768 nt of DNA. Origin: Escherichia coli. GTDB lineage: Bacteria > Pseudomonadota > Gammaproteobacteria > Enterobacterales > Enterobacteriaceae. The notes beneath the pieces were generated by a model, which was given only the letters and a program-made list of their open reading frames with translations, was not told the origin of the DNA and made no database searches. Below are positions 1 through 768 of the stretch, in pieces (the stretch's first letter is position 1; each line of letters opens with the position of its first letter). Where the stretch lies: assembly GCF_003334255.1 (NCBI RefSeq), contig NZ_QOWU01000192.1. One strand, 5' to 3'. The position numbers were made by a program, and so were the translations under genes.

Positions 1-23
1 GGTGATGCTGCCAACTTACTGAT
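1..23 (+). repeat. IS1 left terminal inverted repeat (IRL), 23 bp
   Basis: Seen in sequence: GGTGATGCTGCCAACTTACTGAT matches the reverse complement of 746-768 at 18 of 23 positions (mismatches at repeat positions 4, 8, 9, 10, 19). Terminal GGT is conserved at both ends. Confidence 0.93.
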
Positions 24-24
24 T
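12..24 (-). promoter_or_regulatory. IHF-binding consensus-like site in the left end (minus strand AATCAGTAAGTTG)
   Basis: Seen in sequence: the reverse complement of 12-24 is AATCAGTAAGTTG, one mismatch from WATCAANNNNTTR (G at position 6). It is the symmetric counterpart of the right-end site. Binding is inferred. Confidence 0.45.
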
Positions 25-44
25 TAGTGTATGATGGTGTTTTT

Positions 45-50
45 GAGGTG
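45..50 (+). promoter_or_regulatory. Shine-Dalgarno sequence for insA (GAGGTG)
   Basis: Seen in sequence: GAGGTG at 45-50 is complementary to the 16S rRNA anti-SD and sits 5 nt upstream of the GTG start at 56. Confidence 0.7.
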
Positions 51-55
51 CTCCA

Positions 56-331
56 GTGGCTTCTGTTTCTATCAGCTGTCCCTCCTGTTCAGCTACTGAC
101 GGGGTGGTGCGTAACGGCAAAAGCACCGCCGGACATCAGCGCTATCTCTGCTCTCACTGCCGTAAAACATGGCAACTGCAGTTCACTTACACCGCTTCTC
201 AACCCGGTACGCACCAGAAAATCATTGATATGGCCATGAATGGCGTTGGATGCCGGGCAACAGCCCGCATTATGGGCGTTGGCCTCAACACGATTTTACG
301 TCACTTAAAAAACTCAGGCCGCAGTCGGTAA
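56..331 (+). CDS. insA: InsA, IS1 transposition repressor / DNA-binding protein (91 aa), zinc-finger plus helix-turn-helix
   Basis: Seen in sequence: ORF 56-331 with GTG start and TAA stop at 329-331. Translation [43 protein letters not shown]...[10 protein letters not shown] matches IS1 InsA as I recall it. Cys pairs CPSC (nt 77-88) and CSHC (nt 149-160) form the zinc-finger-like motif. An SD precedes the start. Confidence 0.95.
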
Positions 332-753
332 CCTCGCGCATACAGCCGGGCAGTGACGTCATCGTCTGCGCGGAAATGGACGAACAGTGGGGCTATGTCG
401 GGGCTAAATCGCGCCAGCGCTGGCTGTTTTACGCGTATGACAGTCTCCGGAAGACGGTTGTTGCGCACGTATTCGGTGAACGCACTATGGCGACGCTGGG
501 GCGTCTTATGAGCCTGCTGTCACCCTTTGACGTGGTGATATGGATGACGGATGGCTGGCCGCTGTATGAATCCCGCCTGAAGGGAAAGCTGCACGTAATC
601 AGCAAGCGATATACGCAGCGAATTGAGCGGCATAACCTGAATCTGAGGCAGCACCTGGCACGGCTGGGACGGAAGTCGCTGTCGTTCTCAAAATCGGTGG
701 AGCTGCATGACAAAGTCATCGGGCATTATCTGAACATAAAACACTATCAATAA
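56..753 (+). CDS. insAB': InsAB' transposase, -1 frameshift fusion (join 56..310, 310..753; predicted 232 aa)
   Basis: Inference from sequence plus established IS1 biology: InsA codons 1-85 (through AAA at 308-310), then the -1 frame from 310 to the TAA at 751-753, gives 85 + 147 = 232 aa, the known size of the IS1 transposase. The insB' segment (…[35 protein letters not shown]…) is the catalytic part. Confidence 0.88.
250..753 (+). CDS. insB: insB ORF (167 aa as an ATG-initiated ORF); functionally the C-terminal catalytic portion of the InsAB' transposase
   Basis: Seen in sequence: ORF in the -1 frame relative to insA, ATG at 250, TAA at 751-753 inside IRR. Translation [16 protein letters not shown]...HYLNIKHYQ matches IS1 InsB as I recall it. 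Established knowledge: it is expressed mainly via frameshift from insA rather than by independent initiation. Confidence 0.9.
307..313 (+). other. Programmed -1 ribosomal frameshift slippery heptamer A AAA AAC (A6C) linking insA to the insB' frame
   Basis: Seen in sequence: AAAAAAC at 307-313. In the insA frame it reads TTA AAA AAC (L K N); after a -1 slip it reads AAA AAA CTC (K K L), continuing into the 250-753 frame. The insA stop at 329-331 lies 16 nt downstream. Established knowledge: IS1 InsAB' is made by -1 frameshifting at this A6C motif. Confidence 0.9.
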
Positions 754-757
754 GTTG
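745..757 (+). promoter_or_regulatory. IHF-binding consensus-like site in the right end (TATCAATAAGTTG)
   Basis: Seen in sequence: TATCAATAAGTTG fits the IHF core consensus WATCAANNNNTTR at every position. Established knowledge: IHF binds both ends of IS1. Binding here is inferred from the motif only. Confidence 0.55.
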
Positions 758-768
758 GAGTCATTACC
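746..768 (-). repeat. IS1 right terminal inverted repeat (IRR), 23 bp
   Basis: Seen in sequence: reverse complement of ATCAATAAGTTGGAGTCATTACC is GGTAATGACTCCAACTTATTGAT, matching IRL at 18/23. It overlaps the last codons and the TAA stop of insB. Confidence 0.93.

Larger units (their letters stand above)
1..55 (+). promoter_or_regulatory. insA promoter/operator region overlapping IRL (exact -35/-10 not resolved)
   Basis: Established knowledge: the IS1 insA promoter lies in and next to IRL, and InsA binds the terminal repeats to repress it. Seen in sequence: a -10-like hexamer TATGAT at 30-35, but I cannot identify a convincing -35 at 16-18 bp spacing (TTACTG at 16-21 is too close). Exact promoter elements are therefore uncertain. 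Confidence 0.4.
1..768 (+). mobile_element. IS1: Complete IS1 insertion sequence (IS1 family), 768 bp, insA-to-insB orientation on + strand
   Basis: Seen in sequence: 768 bp bounded by imperfect 23-bp inverted repeats (GGTGATGCTGCCAACTTACTGAT at 1-23; reverse complement of 746-768 is GGTAATGACTCCAACTTATTGAT). Two overlapping same-strand ORFs in 0/-1 frames with an A6C slippery site between them. Both ORF translations match my memory of IS1 InsA ([11 protein letters not shown]...NSGRSR, 91 aa) and InsB ([11 protein letters not shown]...NIKHYQ, 167 aa). Established knowledge: canonical IS1 is 768 bp with exactly this organisation. Confidence 0.96.

Noticed and set aside
30-35. TATGAT -10-like hexamer as a precisely defined insA promoter
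   Set aside because: A reasonable -10 match, but no acceptable -35 hexamer sits at 16-18 bp spacing upstream, so I could not define the promoter confidently. It is reported only as a low-confidence promoter region on the basis of known IS1 biology.
27-239. 70-aa + strand ORF (GTG start) overlapping insA in a different frame
   Set aside because: It lies entirely within the insA promoter and coding region in an alternative frame, has no convincing ribosome-binding site, and its translation resembles nothing I recognise. Overlapping alternate-frame ORFs of this size are expected by chance; established IS1 genetics requires only insA and insB'.
354-361. 8-bp palindrome TGACGTCA
   Set aside because: A short perfect palindrome inside the insB' coding region. 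An 8-mer palindrome is unremarkable by chance and there is no flanking symmetry to suggest an operator or terminator hairpin.
429-719. 96-aa antisense (minus-strand) ORF inside insB
   Set aside because: Early IS1 annotations named several extra ORFs (insC-insG), but mutational analyses showed that only insA and insB are needed. This ORF is most likely a by-product of insB codon composition. I see no start-site or SD evidence for it and no recognisable protein family.
1-768. Possibility that the window encodes a novel or previously undescribed system (defence, toxin-antitoxin, CRISPR and so on)
   Set aside because: The whole window is explained by a canonical IS1 element with no unexplained ORFs, repeats or non-coding segments. 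No CRISPR-like direct repeats, tRNA/rRNA structure or cargo genes are present.

Overview
The whole 768-bp window is one complete copy of the well-known bacterial insertion sequence IS1 (IS1 family), running from its left to its right terminal inverted repeat in the insA-to-insB orientation. I do not see a novel or undescribed system here. The window holds imperfect 23-bp terminal inverted repeats (1-23 and 746-768, 18/23 matching), insA (56-331, GTG start with a GAGGTG Shine-Dalgarno), the overlapping -1 frame insB ORF (250-753), and the A6C slippery heptamer (307-313) that fuses them into the 232-aa InsAB' transposase. IHF-consensus-like motifs sit in both ends. The window starts and stops exactly at the element ends, so target-site duplications and genomic context cannot be assessed. 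Identification rests on my recognition of the IS1 sequence and the InsA/InsB protein sequences; no database search was run.
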